A DNA stretch of 64,000 nt, from assembly GCF_044704955.1 (NCBI RefSeq), contig NC_091979.1, positions 318,432,001 to 318,496,000 of the forward strand. The letters run 5' to 3'. Position numbers and translations under genes: made by a program. Under the pieces are notes generated by a model. It worked only from the letters and a program-made list of their open reading frames with translations, ran no database searches and was not told the DNA's origin. Below are positions 48,026 through 58,543 of the stretch, in pieces. Within the stretch, counting starts at the first letter, position 1. The number at the start of each line of letters is the position of its first letter. The stretch comes from Pristiophorus japonicus. Taxonomy: Eukaryota.

Positions 48026-48115
48026 TCCCTTCAGCCCCCTCCCAGCAGATCCCTTCAGCCCCCTCCCAGCAGATCCCTTCAGTCCCCTCGCAGCAGATCC
48101 CTTGAACCCCTCAGG
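48026..48115 (+). repeat. 24-bp C-rich tandem repeat, ~4 copies
   Basis: TCCCTTCAGCCCCCTCCCAGCAGA repeated. Confidence 0.8.
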
Positions 48116-48230
48116 AGATCGAGCTGCCGGGGGTGGGCAGAGCTTTCGGGGGGTTGGGAGTCGGGAAGTTGGGTTTGGAGGGTGGTGGGAGAACTCGGGA
48201 CCGGGAGAGGCGGGGATTATCTTTAACCTA

Positions 48231-48426
48231 CCCGGCAACTGATGATGCAGCTCGCAGTATTTGTCTGATTGGATAGTTCAATGTTTGGAAAGTTTATTTC
48301 GGCACCAACAAAAACTCTCCCCGTGTCTTTTCTACCCGGAGCCTATTGACTCACAGCCTGTTTTTATTGTAATTGGAGACAAATATACCCTCGAACCAAT
48401 CAGTTCGGAGGAGTCTGAGTGTAAAA
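48231..48426 (+). promoter_or_regulatory. MHC-type promoter: X box, X2-like site, Y box, AP-1 site, CCAAT box and TATA-like element
   Basis: X CCCGGCAACTGATG 48231-48244; TGATGCA 48243-48249; 20-nt spacer; Y CTGATTGG 48265-48272; TGACTCA 48347-48353; CCAATCAG 48396-48403; TGTAAAA 48420-48426. Confidence 0.75.
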
Positions 48427-48460
48427 CACTCTGCACTGGGCAAAGCGCACGAACAGATAG

Positions 48461-51400
48461 CACAGAGAGACAGTCCCAGAGACACAGTATCAGCACAGGG
48501 CACAGAGAGACAGTCCCAGAGACACAGTATCAGCACAGGGCACAGAGAGACAGTCCCAGAGACACAGTATCAGCACAGGGCACAGAGAGACAGTCCCAGA
48601 GACACAGTATCAGCACAGGGCACAGAGAGACAGTCCCAGAGACACAGTATCAGCACAGGGCACAGAGACAGTCCCGGAGACACAGTATCAGCACAGGGCA
48701 CAGAGAGACAGTCCCAGAGACACAGTATCAGCACAGGGCACCGAGAGACAGTCCCGGAGACACAGTATCAGCACAGGGCACAGAGAGACAGTCCCAGAGA
48801 GAGAGTATCAGCACAGGGCACAGAGACAGTCCCAGAGACACAATATCAGCACAGGGCACAGAGAGACAGTCCCAGAGACACAGTATCAGCACAGGGCACA
48901 GAGAGACAGTCCCAGAGACACAGTATCAGCACAGGGCACAGAGACAGTCCCAGAGACACAGTATCAGCACAGGGCACAGAGAGACAGTCCCAGAGACACA
49001 GTATCAGCACAGGGCACAGAGAGACAGTCCCAAAGACACAGTATCAGCACAGGGCACAGAGAGACAGTCCCGGAGACACAGTATCAGCACAGGGCACAGA
49101 GAGACAGTCCCAGAGACACAGTATCAGCACAGGGCACCGAGAGACAGTCCCGGAGACACAGTATCAGCACAGGGCACAGAGAGACAGTCCCAGAGACACA
49201 GTATCAGCACAGGGCACCGAGAGACAGTCCCGGAGACACAGTATCAGCACAGGGCACAGAGAGACAGTCCCAGAGAGAGAGTATCAGCACAGGGCACAGA
49301 GACAGTCCCAGAGACACAATATCAGCACAGGGCACAGAGAGACAGTCCCAGAGACACAGTATCAGCACAGGGCACAGAGAGACAGTCCCAGAGACACAGT
49401 ATCAGCACAGAGCACAGAGAGACAGTCCCAGAGACACAGTATCAGCACAGGGCACAGAGTGACAGTCCCAGAGACACAGTATCAGCACAGGGCACAGAGA
49501 CAGTCCCAGGGACATAGTATCAGCACAGGGCACAGAGAGACAGTCCCAGAGACACAGTATCAGCACAGGGCACAGAGACAGTCCCAGGGACACAGTATCA
49601 GCACAGGCACAGAGAGTCAGTCCCAGAGACACAGTATCAGCATAGGGCACAGAGAAACAGTCCCGGAGACACAGTATCAGCATAGGGCACAGAGAGACAG
49701 TCCCGGAGACACAGTACCAGCACAGGGCACAGAGACAGTCCCAGAGACACAGTATCAGCACAGGGCACAGAGAGACAATCCCAGAGACACAGTATCAGCA
49801 CAGGGCATAGAGACAGTCCCAGAGACACAGTATCAGCACAGGGCACAGAGACAGTCCCAGAGACACAGTATCAGCACAGGGCAAAGAGAGACAGTCCCAG
49901 AGACACAGTATCAGCACAGGGCACCGAGAGACAGTCCCGGAGACACAGTATCAGCACAGGGCACAGAGAGACAGTCCCAGAGACAGAGTATCAGCACAGG
50001 GCACAGAGAGACAGTCCCAGAGACAGAGTATCAGCACAGGGCACAGAGACAGTCCTAGAGACACAATATCAGCACAGGGCACAGAGAGACAGTCTCAGAG
50101 ACACAGTATCAGCACAGGGCACAGAGAGACAGTCTCAGAGACACAGTATCAGCACAGGGCACAGAGAGACAGTCTCAGAGACACAGTATCAGCACAGGGC
50201 ACAGAGAGACAGTCCCAGAGACACAGTATCAGCACAGGGCACAGAGAGACAGTCCCGGAGACACAGTATCAGCACAGGCACAGAGAGTCAGTCCCAGAGA
50301 CACAGTATCAGCACAGGGCACAGAGAGACAATCCCAGAGACACAGTATCAGCACAGGGCACAGAGACAGTCCCAGAGACACAGTATCAGCACAGGGCACA
50401 GAGAGACAGTCCCAGAGACACAGTATCAGCACAGGGCACAGAGAGACAGTCCCAGAGACACTGTATCAGCACAGGGCACAGAGACAGTCCCAGAGACACA
50501 ATATCAGCACAGGGCACAGAGAGACAATCCCAGAGACACAGTATCAGCACAGGGCACAGAGAGACAGTCCCAGAGACACAGTGTCAGCACAGAGCACAGA
50601 GAGACAGTCCCAGAGACACAGTATCAGCACAGGGCACAGAGAGACAGTCCCAGAGACACAGTATCAGCACAGGGCACAGAGACAGTCCCAGGGACATAGT
50701 ATCAGCACAGGGCACAGAGAGACAGTCCCGGAGACACAGTATCAGCACAGGCACAGAGATTCAGTCCCAGAGACACAGTATCAGCATAGGGCACAGAGAG
50801 ACAGTCCCAGAGACACAGTATCAGCACAGGGCACAGAGACAGTCCCAGAGACACAGTATCAGCACAGGGCACAGAGAGACAGTCCCAGAGACACAGTATC
50901 AGCACAGGGCACAGAGAGACAGTCCCAGAGACACAGTATCAGCACAGGGCACAGAGAGACAGTCCCAGAGACACAGTATCAGCACAGGGCACAGAGAGAC
51001 AGTCCCAGAGACACAGTATCAGCACAGGGCACCGAGAGACAGTCCCGGAGACACAGTATCAGCACAGGGCAGAGAGAGACAGTCCCAGAGACACAGTATC
51101 AGCACAGGGCACAGAGAGACAGTCCCAGAGACACAGTATCAGCACAGGGCACCGAGAGACAGTCCCGGAGACACAGTATCAGCACAGGGCACAGAGAGAC
51201 AGTCCCAGAGAGAGAGTATCAGCACAGGGCACAGAGACAGTCCCAGAGACACAATATCAGCACAGGGCACAGAGAGACAGTCCCAGAGACACAGTATCAG
51301 CACAGGGCACAGAGAGACAGTCCCAGAGACACAGTATCAGCACAGGGCACAGAGTGACAGTCCCAGAGACACAGTATCAGCACAGGGCACAGAGACAGTC

Positions 51401-53361
51401 CCAGGGACATAGTATCAGCACAGGGCACAGAGAGACAGTCCCGGAGACACAGTATCAGCACAGGCACAGAGAGTCAGTCCCAGAGACACAGTATCAGCAT
51501 AGGGCACAGAGAGACAGTCCCGGAGACACAGTACCAGCACAGGGCACAGAGACAGTCCCAGAGACACAGTATCGACACAGGGCACAGAGAGACAATCCCA
51601 GAGACACAGTATCAGCACAGGGCATAGAGACAGTCCCAGAGACACAGTATCAGCACAGGGCACAGAGAGACAGTCCCAGAGACAGAGTATCAGCACAGGG
51701 CACAGAGACAGTCCCAGAGACACAGTATCAGCACAGGGCACAGAGAGACAGTCCCAGAGACACAGTATCAGCACAGGGCACAGAGAGACAGTCCCAGAGA
51801 CACAGTATCAGCACAGGGCACAGAGAGACAGTCCCAGAGACACAGTATCAGCACAGGGCACAGAGAGACAGTCCCAGAGACACAGTATTAGCACAGGGCA
51901 CAGAGAGACAGTCCCGGAGACACAGTATCAGCACAGGCACAGAGAGTCAGTCCCAGAGACACAGTATCAGCATAGGGCACAGAGAGACAGTCCCGGAGAC
52001 ACAGTATCAGCATAGGGCACAGAGAGACAGTCCCAGAGACACAGTATCAGCACAGGGCACAGAGAGACAATCCCGGAGACACAGTATCAGCACAGGGCAT
52101 AGAGACAGTCCCAGAGACACAGTATCAGCACAGGGCACAGAGACAGTCCCAGAGACACAGTATCAGCACAGGGCACAGAGAGACAGTCCAAGAGACACAG
52201 TATCAGCACAGGCACAGAGATTCAGTCCCAGAGACACAGTATCAGCACTGGGCACAGAGAGACAGTCCCAGAGACACAGTATCAGCACAGGGCACAGAGA
52301 GACAGTCCCAGAGACACAGTATCAGCACAGGGCACAGAGAGACAGTCCCAGAGACACAGTATCAGCACAGGGCACAGAGAGACAGTCCCAGAGAAACTGT
52401 ATCAGCACAGGGCACAGAGACAGTCCCAGAGACACAATATCAGCACAGGGCACAGAGAGACAATCCCAGAGACACAGTATCAGCACAGGGCACAGAGAGA
52501 CAGTCCCAGAGACACAGTATCAGCACAGAGCACAGAGAGACAGTCCCAGAGACACAGTATCAGCACAGGGCACAGAGAGACAGTCCCAGAGACACAGTAT
52601 CAGCACAGGGCACAGAGACAGTCCCAGAGACACAGTATCAGCACAGGGCACAGAGAGACAGTCCCAGAGACACAGTATCAGCACAGGGCACAGAGACAGT
52701 CCCAGAGACACAGTATCAGCACAGGGCACAGAGACAGTCCCAGAGACACAGTATCAGCACAGAGCACAGAGAGACAGTCCCAGAGACACAGTATCAGCAC
52801 AGAGCACAGAGAGACAGTCCCAGAGACATAGTATCAGCACAGGGCACAGAGAGACAGTCCCGGAGACACAGTATCAGCACAGGCACAGAGATTCAGTCCC
52901 AGAGACACAGTATCAGCATAGGGCACAGAGAGACAGTCCCGGAGACACAGTATCAGCACAGGGCACAGAGAGACAGTCCCGGAGACACAGTACCAGCACA
53001 GGGCACAGAGACAGTCCCAGAGACACAGTATCGACACAGGGCACAGAGAGACAGTCCCAGAGACACAGTATCAGCACAGGGCATAGAGACAGTCCCAGAG
53101 ACACAGTATCAGCACAGGACACAGAGACAGTCCCAGAGACACAGTATCAGCACAGGGCACAGAGAGACAGTCCAAGAGACACAGTATCAGCACAGGGCAC
53201 AGAGAGACAGTCCCAGAGACACAGTATCAGCACTGGGCACAGAGAGACAGTCCCAGAGACACAGTATCAGCACTGGGCACAGAGAGACAGTCCCAGAGAC
53301 ACAGTATCAGCACAGGGCACAGAGAGACAGTCCCAGAGACACAGTATCGGCACTGGGCACA
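48461..53361 (+). repeat. 40-bp minisatellite (CACAGAGAGACAGTCCCAGAGACACAGTATCAGCACAGGG; 38-bp variants), ~120-125 copies
   Basis: Direct reading; only 3 T per 40 nt on the + strand. Confidence 0.97.
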
Positions 53362-53458
53362 GGAATCACACGGTCTGAATTGGGCGCAGCTCACGGACGG
53401 TCTCTCGGAAAAGGATTGCCTGCAAACTGCTCATCCCAGCCTGTCGAGGGAAGTAACA

Positions 53459-54526
53459 ATGTTTGGACTGACCGTGCTGGCCCTTCTGTGTGGAGAGGTG
53501 TGTGCAGGCTCTCACTCCCTGCGGTACATGCACACGGCTATCACTCCGCTCCCGGGCATTGCTGAGTTCACCGATGTGGGTTATGTGGATGACCAGCAGT
53601 TTATTTACTATGACAGTGTGAGCCGGCAGTACACCCCGCGGCAGCGGTGGATCAGGGAGAGCGAGGGCGCCGAGTACTGGGAGCGCTACACACAGATCCT
53701 GCGGGGCAAGGAGCAGGTGATGAAAGGCAACATTCAGACCGTCTTAACCCGCACCAACCAGACCGGCGGGATCCACACGCTGCAGAGGTTGTGCGGCTGT
53801 GAGCTGCGGGATGACGGCACCACCAGCGGCTTCTGGCAGTACGGCTGGGACGGGAAGGACCTGATCAGCTTCGACAAGGATCGCCTGGTGTGGGTCACCC
53901 CGGTACCGTGGGGAGAGATCACCAAGAACAAGTGGGACCAGGACAGGGCCGAAATGCAGCAGGACAAAAGTTACCTGGAGCAGGAGTGCATCGAGTGGCT
54001 GAAGAAATACCTGAAGGCTGGAGAGAGAGAACTGGGAGCTGTTGCTCCTCAAGTGTTTCCTTCTGTGGACAAGGCGTCAAATATTAAAGCCCCCCAACTC
54101 TCCTGTCTCCTCACAGGATTTTACCCTCGCGAAATCCAAGTGACCCTCCTGAGAAATGGCGAGCCAATCAGGGACACGGAATCCACGGGCATCCTGCCCA
54201 ACCACGATGGCACCTACCAGCTCACGACATGGGCTCAGATCGAGCCCGCGGATGGAGCCACCTATTCCTGTCAGTATGAGCAGAGCGGCCAAGCAGGAGG
54301 GAAGACCCGAGACTGGGACGGGACGTTCCGAGTGACTCCAGGATCGCCAGAGGGAACAAATAGGGGTTTGATTGTTGGAATTGTGATTGCTGCCGTCGCC
54401 CTGATTGCTCTTGTGATCGGTGCGGTTGTGTGGAAGAGGAGAGGAGGAGAGGAGACATCTGGTTACAGCCCAGCGAACCCTGCTGAACGAGGAGAATTAT
54501 CCCCAAACTCAGCAGCCCAGTCCTGA
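53459..54526 (+). CDS. MHC class I heavy chain, single-exon, classical (UAA-like) peptide-binding residues
   Basis: Signal peptide; GSHSLRY; alpha1 N-glycosylation NQT; alpha2 CGC...YLEQECIEWL; Ig-C1 alpha3 LSCLLTGFYP...NHDGTYQL...YSC; TM LIVGIVIAAVALIALVIGAVVW; KRR stop-transfer; cytoplasmic GYSPA. Uninterrupted 355 codons, A at -3. Confidence 0.96.
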   Translation: MFGLTVLALLCGEVCAGSHSLRYMHTAITPLPGIAEFTDVGYVDDQQFIYYDSVSRQYTPRQRWIRESEGAEYWERYTQILRGKEQVMKGNIQTVLTRTNQTGGIHTLQRLCGCELRDDGTTSGFWQYGWDGKDLISFDKDRLVWVTPVPWGEITKNKWDQDRAEMQQDKSYLEQECIEWLKKYLKAGERELGAVAPQVFPSVDKASNIKAPQLSCLLTGFYPREIQVTLLRNGEPIRDTESTGILPNHDGTYQLTTWAQIEPADGATYSCQYEQSGQAGGKTRDWDGTFRVTPGSPEGTNRGLIVGIVIAAVALIALVIGAVVWKRRGGEETSGYSPANPAERGELSPNSAAQS

Positions 54527-54769
54527 GGCTGATCCCGAAGTGAAGTTCACTGGGACTAGAATCTGGACTTGCTGTGTCGCAAGGAGGGTTCATTCAGAAG
54601 CAATCCACGATTCTGCATCTTCATTTCGTTTGATTGTCACTGGCTGCTGCCAGTGTTAATAGTAATCGGTAATGTATCTATCATTGAGTGGGTTTGGGGA
54701 TATTTTCTTTTTGGTGATTGGATAGAAATCTCCAGTTGGGTCTTTTGGTGTTTAATGTAAATGAGATGT

Positions 54770-54840
54770 GTCGATTTCGGCACGGGCTGGATGGCCAAAT
54801 GGTCGTCTTCCGTGCTGTAACCATTCTATGATTCTATGTA
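54770..54840 (+). mobile_element. Short CR1/SINE-type 3' tail downstream of the class I ORF
   Basis: GGCCAAATGGTCGTCTTCCGTGCTGTAACCATTCTATGATTCTATG. Confidence 0.6.
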
Positions 54841-54847
54841 TGGTGGC

Positions 54848-55508
54848 CGGGGGAGAGGGAGACTGGGAATGGGGGCTGGGGGAGAGAGGGAGACTGGGAA
54901 TGGGGTCTTGGGGAGACGGAGACTGGGAATGGGGGCTGGGGGAGAGAGGGAGACTGGGAATGGGGTCTTGGGGAGAGAGAGACTGGGGAATGGGGGCTCA
55001 GGGAGAGGGAGACTGGGGAATGGGGGCTTGGGGAGAGAGAGACTGGGTAATGGGGGCTCAGGGAGAGGGAGACTTGGGAATGGGGCCTCGGGGAGAGAGA
55101 GACTGGGGAATGGGGGCTTGGGGAGCGGGAGACTGGGGAATGGGGGCTTGGGGAGACGGAGACTTGGGAATGGGGCCTCGGGGAGAGAGAGACTGGGGAA
55201 TGGGGGCTCGGGGCTCGGGAGACTGGGGAATGGGGGCTTGGGGAGAGGGAGACTGGGGAATGGGGGCTTGGGGAGAGAGGGAGACTGGGGAATGGGGGCT
55301 CTGGGAGAAGGAGACTGGGGAATGGGGGCTTGGGGAGAGAGGGAGACTGGGGAATGGGGGCTCTGGGAGAGGGAGACTGGGGAATGGGGGCTTGGGGAGA
55401 GAGGGAGACTGGGGAATGGGGGCTCTGGGAGAGGGAGACTGGGGAATGGGGGCTCGGGGAGAGAGAGACTGGGGAATGGGTGCTCGGGGAGAGGGAGACT
55501 GGGGAATG
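54848..55508 (+). repeat. 30/31-bp G-rich minisatellite, ~22 copies, same family and orientation as 47456-47868
   Basis: GGGAGAGGGAGACTGGGGAATGGGGGCTY units. Confidence 0.95.
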
Positions 55509-55844
55509 GCGTGGGTGTGGGTTCTAGTATTTCCCCCAGAGCCGGGAGCAGCAGCAACGTGGTGAGTGGGAGTGACACTGAGAGAGGAGCAGCCAGTAAA
55601 GAGGTGAGTGAAACCTGGGGACCTTACTGTGGGTAAATAGTGAAAGATTATTTCCAGTGGTGGGCGAATGGGGAACTAGGGAACGGAAACCAAAGATTCT
55701 AAAACCTAAAGGGAATGTGATAAATATTTGAAAAGGAAGAATGTTATAAGATCTGGGGGTGGGGTGGGCGGGGGGGAATGGGATTACAGAAGAGAGTGCG
55801 AGCTCCGAGGCCGAATGATCTCCTCCTGTGCAGTCATTTCTATA

Positions 55845-57370
55845 AATGCATTCCCCACTCTGCTCAATGTGCTGAAGTTGCAGCCCTGGTGACAGCAATC
55901 CAAATGACTTATGACATACCTGTTAATGCCTGGCCAGATAGTGCCTATGCGATTAACACTTTGTTACCTTTATCGCTGTATGCTCGGAACACGATCAGCC
56001 CCTGTTTATGTTGGTAAGAAGTCTCACTCACCATCTTTGAACTTACACACCCGGAGCAACTCACAAGCAGATCATGCTGCTACAGATGCCACCGTTAACC
56101 TCTGGCAAGCTCCTACCCCTCCCTTAAGGTCTGTCCCGAGTATTCAAGGTGGGGACATCGATCTCCCGGTCTCTAGGCCAGTTATCTTCCCTATGCGGTT
56201 GTTATTGCATGGCATCGGGATGGATGTCCGTTGTCTCAGCCCACTCCATGGGCTGTGGACACACAATTGGCTCCAGATCAGTCTGGGAAATCTGCCCTCC
56301 TGTTAATGTATGGGCCCTGCTTGCGGTGGCTATCATCTGATCTCCCAGTTGTCTGTGTTCCCCCATCCATGGCACCCAAAATGTTTGATCTCCTCCATTG
56401 ACACCCGGTGGGAGGACACTATTCAGCCGATGCAACTGTTCAGAAACTACACAAATTTGCATGGCATCATAATTGTGTTACTGACGTCACTCATAGAGTG
56501 AATGTTGCCTGCCCTGTTTACAGCAAAACCCAAGTGCCACATGAAGCGAGCACTGTTGGGTAGTCCCCCTTCTCCCGAGGGGGCCAAGGTCCCACCTTCA
56601 AATTGACTTTATAGGCCCTTGCCTACAGGGCCTTCTGGGTTGTGGTATTGTCTGGTTGTAGTTGATACGTTTACAAAATGGATGGAGTCTTTTCCATGTA
56701 AAACAAACACAGTATTGACAGCAGCTCGCCTATTATTGGGTGAGGTGAGCTGCAGGCAGGGAGTGCCAATTCAGGCTGATACCGCACAAAGTTTTACCGA
56801 GCTGCAACGGACAATGAGTATGTTGCATAAACTTCATATCTCCCACCGTCCACAATCATCTGGAATGGTGGAAAGAGGAAATCGAATTCTGAAAATTATG
56901 TTAAACAAATTTGGTGCAGATCACCCCACCAAATGGTCTAGCATGCTGTCAATGTGCCAGATAGTTATTAAATCCACCCCGCATAGCACAACGGGTATTT
57001 CACCCTACCAAGCTATGACTGGGCGACTAATGCGAATGCCAGCCCATCTGTTAACCCCTTCAGTTACACCCTTAGTACAGGGAACTGCCAACCAAAAATG
57101 GCTTGAAATGTAGCCAGACAGACAGGGAAGTCAAGAAGCCAGGCATAGAAACACTTCGATAAGCAGTTCCGACCTTTTGAACATCAAGTGGGAGATATCG
57201 TAATGCTACTAAACTATGGGAAGCAACAACATTGCTTCGAACCAAGGTGGAATGGCCCCATTCCCGATTATTGACGGGGTCAGTCCTTCGGTCTATCTGT
57301 TGCAATTCCCTGGGGAAAAAGGGGAGGAACAAGTGGGGTAAATAGTACCATATCAATCAGTTGAAAACCG
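55845..57370 (+). mobile_element. Degenerate retroviral-type pol (RNase H plus integrase)
   Basis: HSAQCAEVAAL..DSAYA (RNase H); LQIDFIGPLP..LVVVDTFTKW..HRPQSSGMVERGNRILK..STPHSTTGISPY (integrase). Possible PPT AAGGAGGGGAA plus LTR start TGTTAG at ~58343-58361. Confidence 0.75.
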
Positions 57371-58543
57371 TGAAAGAATAAATATTGCATGTTTTATCTT
57401 ATAGAACCAGTTAAGAATGATCAGTTATCGAACCCTCCTGCTGGAGGTCATCATATACTTCAGACATTCGAACAGGTCTCAGACATGCTCAGTTACTTGA
57501 CAACAGAAGATGTGAAATGGTTAATGTGGCTCAGGGAAGTGAGACAATTAACACATACTCCATCGAGAATCAATCTAATTAATGACAAAGAGAGAGATTT
57601 GGAGAATCTTTTAAGTCCATGACTTGTTGATTAGATGTTAAACTTCAGCTTTCTGTACAATGTCTGTTTTCATTACCTGCATCAATGTTTGCTGGACATG
57701 TATATACTTAGTTGATGTGCTACTGATTGTCAGACTGAATTGTAACTATAATAATTATGTTTGGTAGGTAACAGAGCGTGGGAAAAGCCAGTATGAATCC
57801 AGTATGAGGGTTTTGATGCTGCCTCCTGTAGTATGTTTTACGGGTCTAAAGAGCCTCTTTCAAAACCGATACTGAAGTGAAACTGACAGTAAATGAGATA
57901 CTTCAGTATAAGCTGCACAATTAAGTGGTTCAATTGGTACGACATTCAGAATGGTGGGATATTGGGCCTAATATATCAGTACATTCTTAGGTTCAAATTA
58001 TTTCACACGCTCTGGTAATTATTTAACTTGTGATGATAGTGTATTTGATATTTGATTAATTGAACACAACAAAAGGGAATATGTGAAGCAACACAGAGGA
58101 AACCCCAGGTGGGGTAAGATCAGGAGAGATACAAGAAACAGAGGATAGCCCAGGCAGGGGAGAATTGGAACACCGGAACAGTGAATTGAATTTGAGAAAG
58201 GGCTCAGAGGTTGCAACTCCCGTTTAAAGGAACGGATTGTAACAAAGGGGAAAATCTTCATTTTTGTATCACCCTTAGCAAAATCTAGAGTTGGCATGGT
58301 TAGTAGAGGTACGGAAATGAGAGATCGAAATAACTTTCTCTCAAGGAGGGGAATATGTTAGAAATCAGGGATACCGAAAAATGTATAAAACTGTTATGAA
58401 AGTATAAAACTGATACGAATGCTGTGTTTAAATCATAGTTTTGAACTAAAGACGGAATATCTATCAGCTACCTGTTACGATTGTATGTTTTTGCGATACA
58501 ACTAATGTGTTATATTCCATCTTAAAGTCTGATTAAACACTAT

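Noticed and set aside
47438-48238. Pro-rich and Gly-rich ORFs over the G-rich arrays (also 54768-55636)
   Set aside because: Minisatellite translations.
48345-48360. Minus-strand GTGAGT donor as IFIT exon 1
   Set aside because: Not preceded by the expected ATGAG; no other support.
48461-53361. CACAGTA/CACAGAG/CACAGGG as RAG recombination signal heptamers
   Set aside because: No ACAAAAACC-like nonamer at 12- or 23-bp spacing, and no V/J segments nearby.
48261-53378. Long repetitive ORFs (418-674 aa)
   Set aside because: Result of a T-poor minisatellite; they start at non-ATG codons and shift frame with the 38/40-bp units.
54770-54840. LINE tail as the retroposition tail of the class I copy
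   Set aside because: No TSD found and such tails are abundant here; it cannot be tied to the gene's origin without the parent 3' UTR.
55555-55615. Two GGTGAGT donor-like motifs downstream of the class I gene
   Set aside because: No acceptor, reading frame or downstream exon identified.
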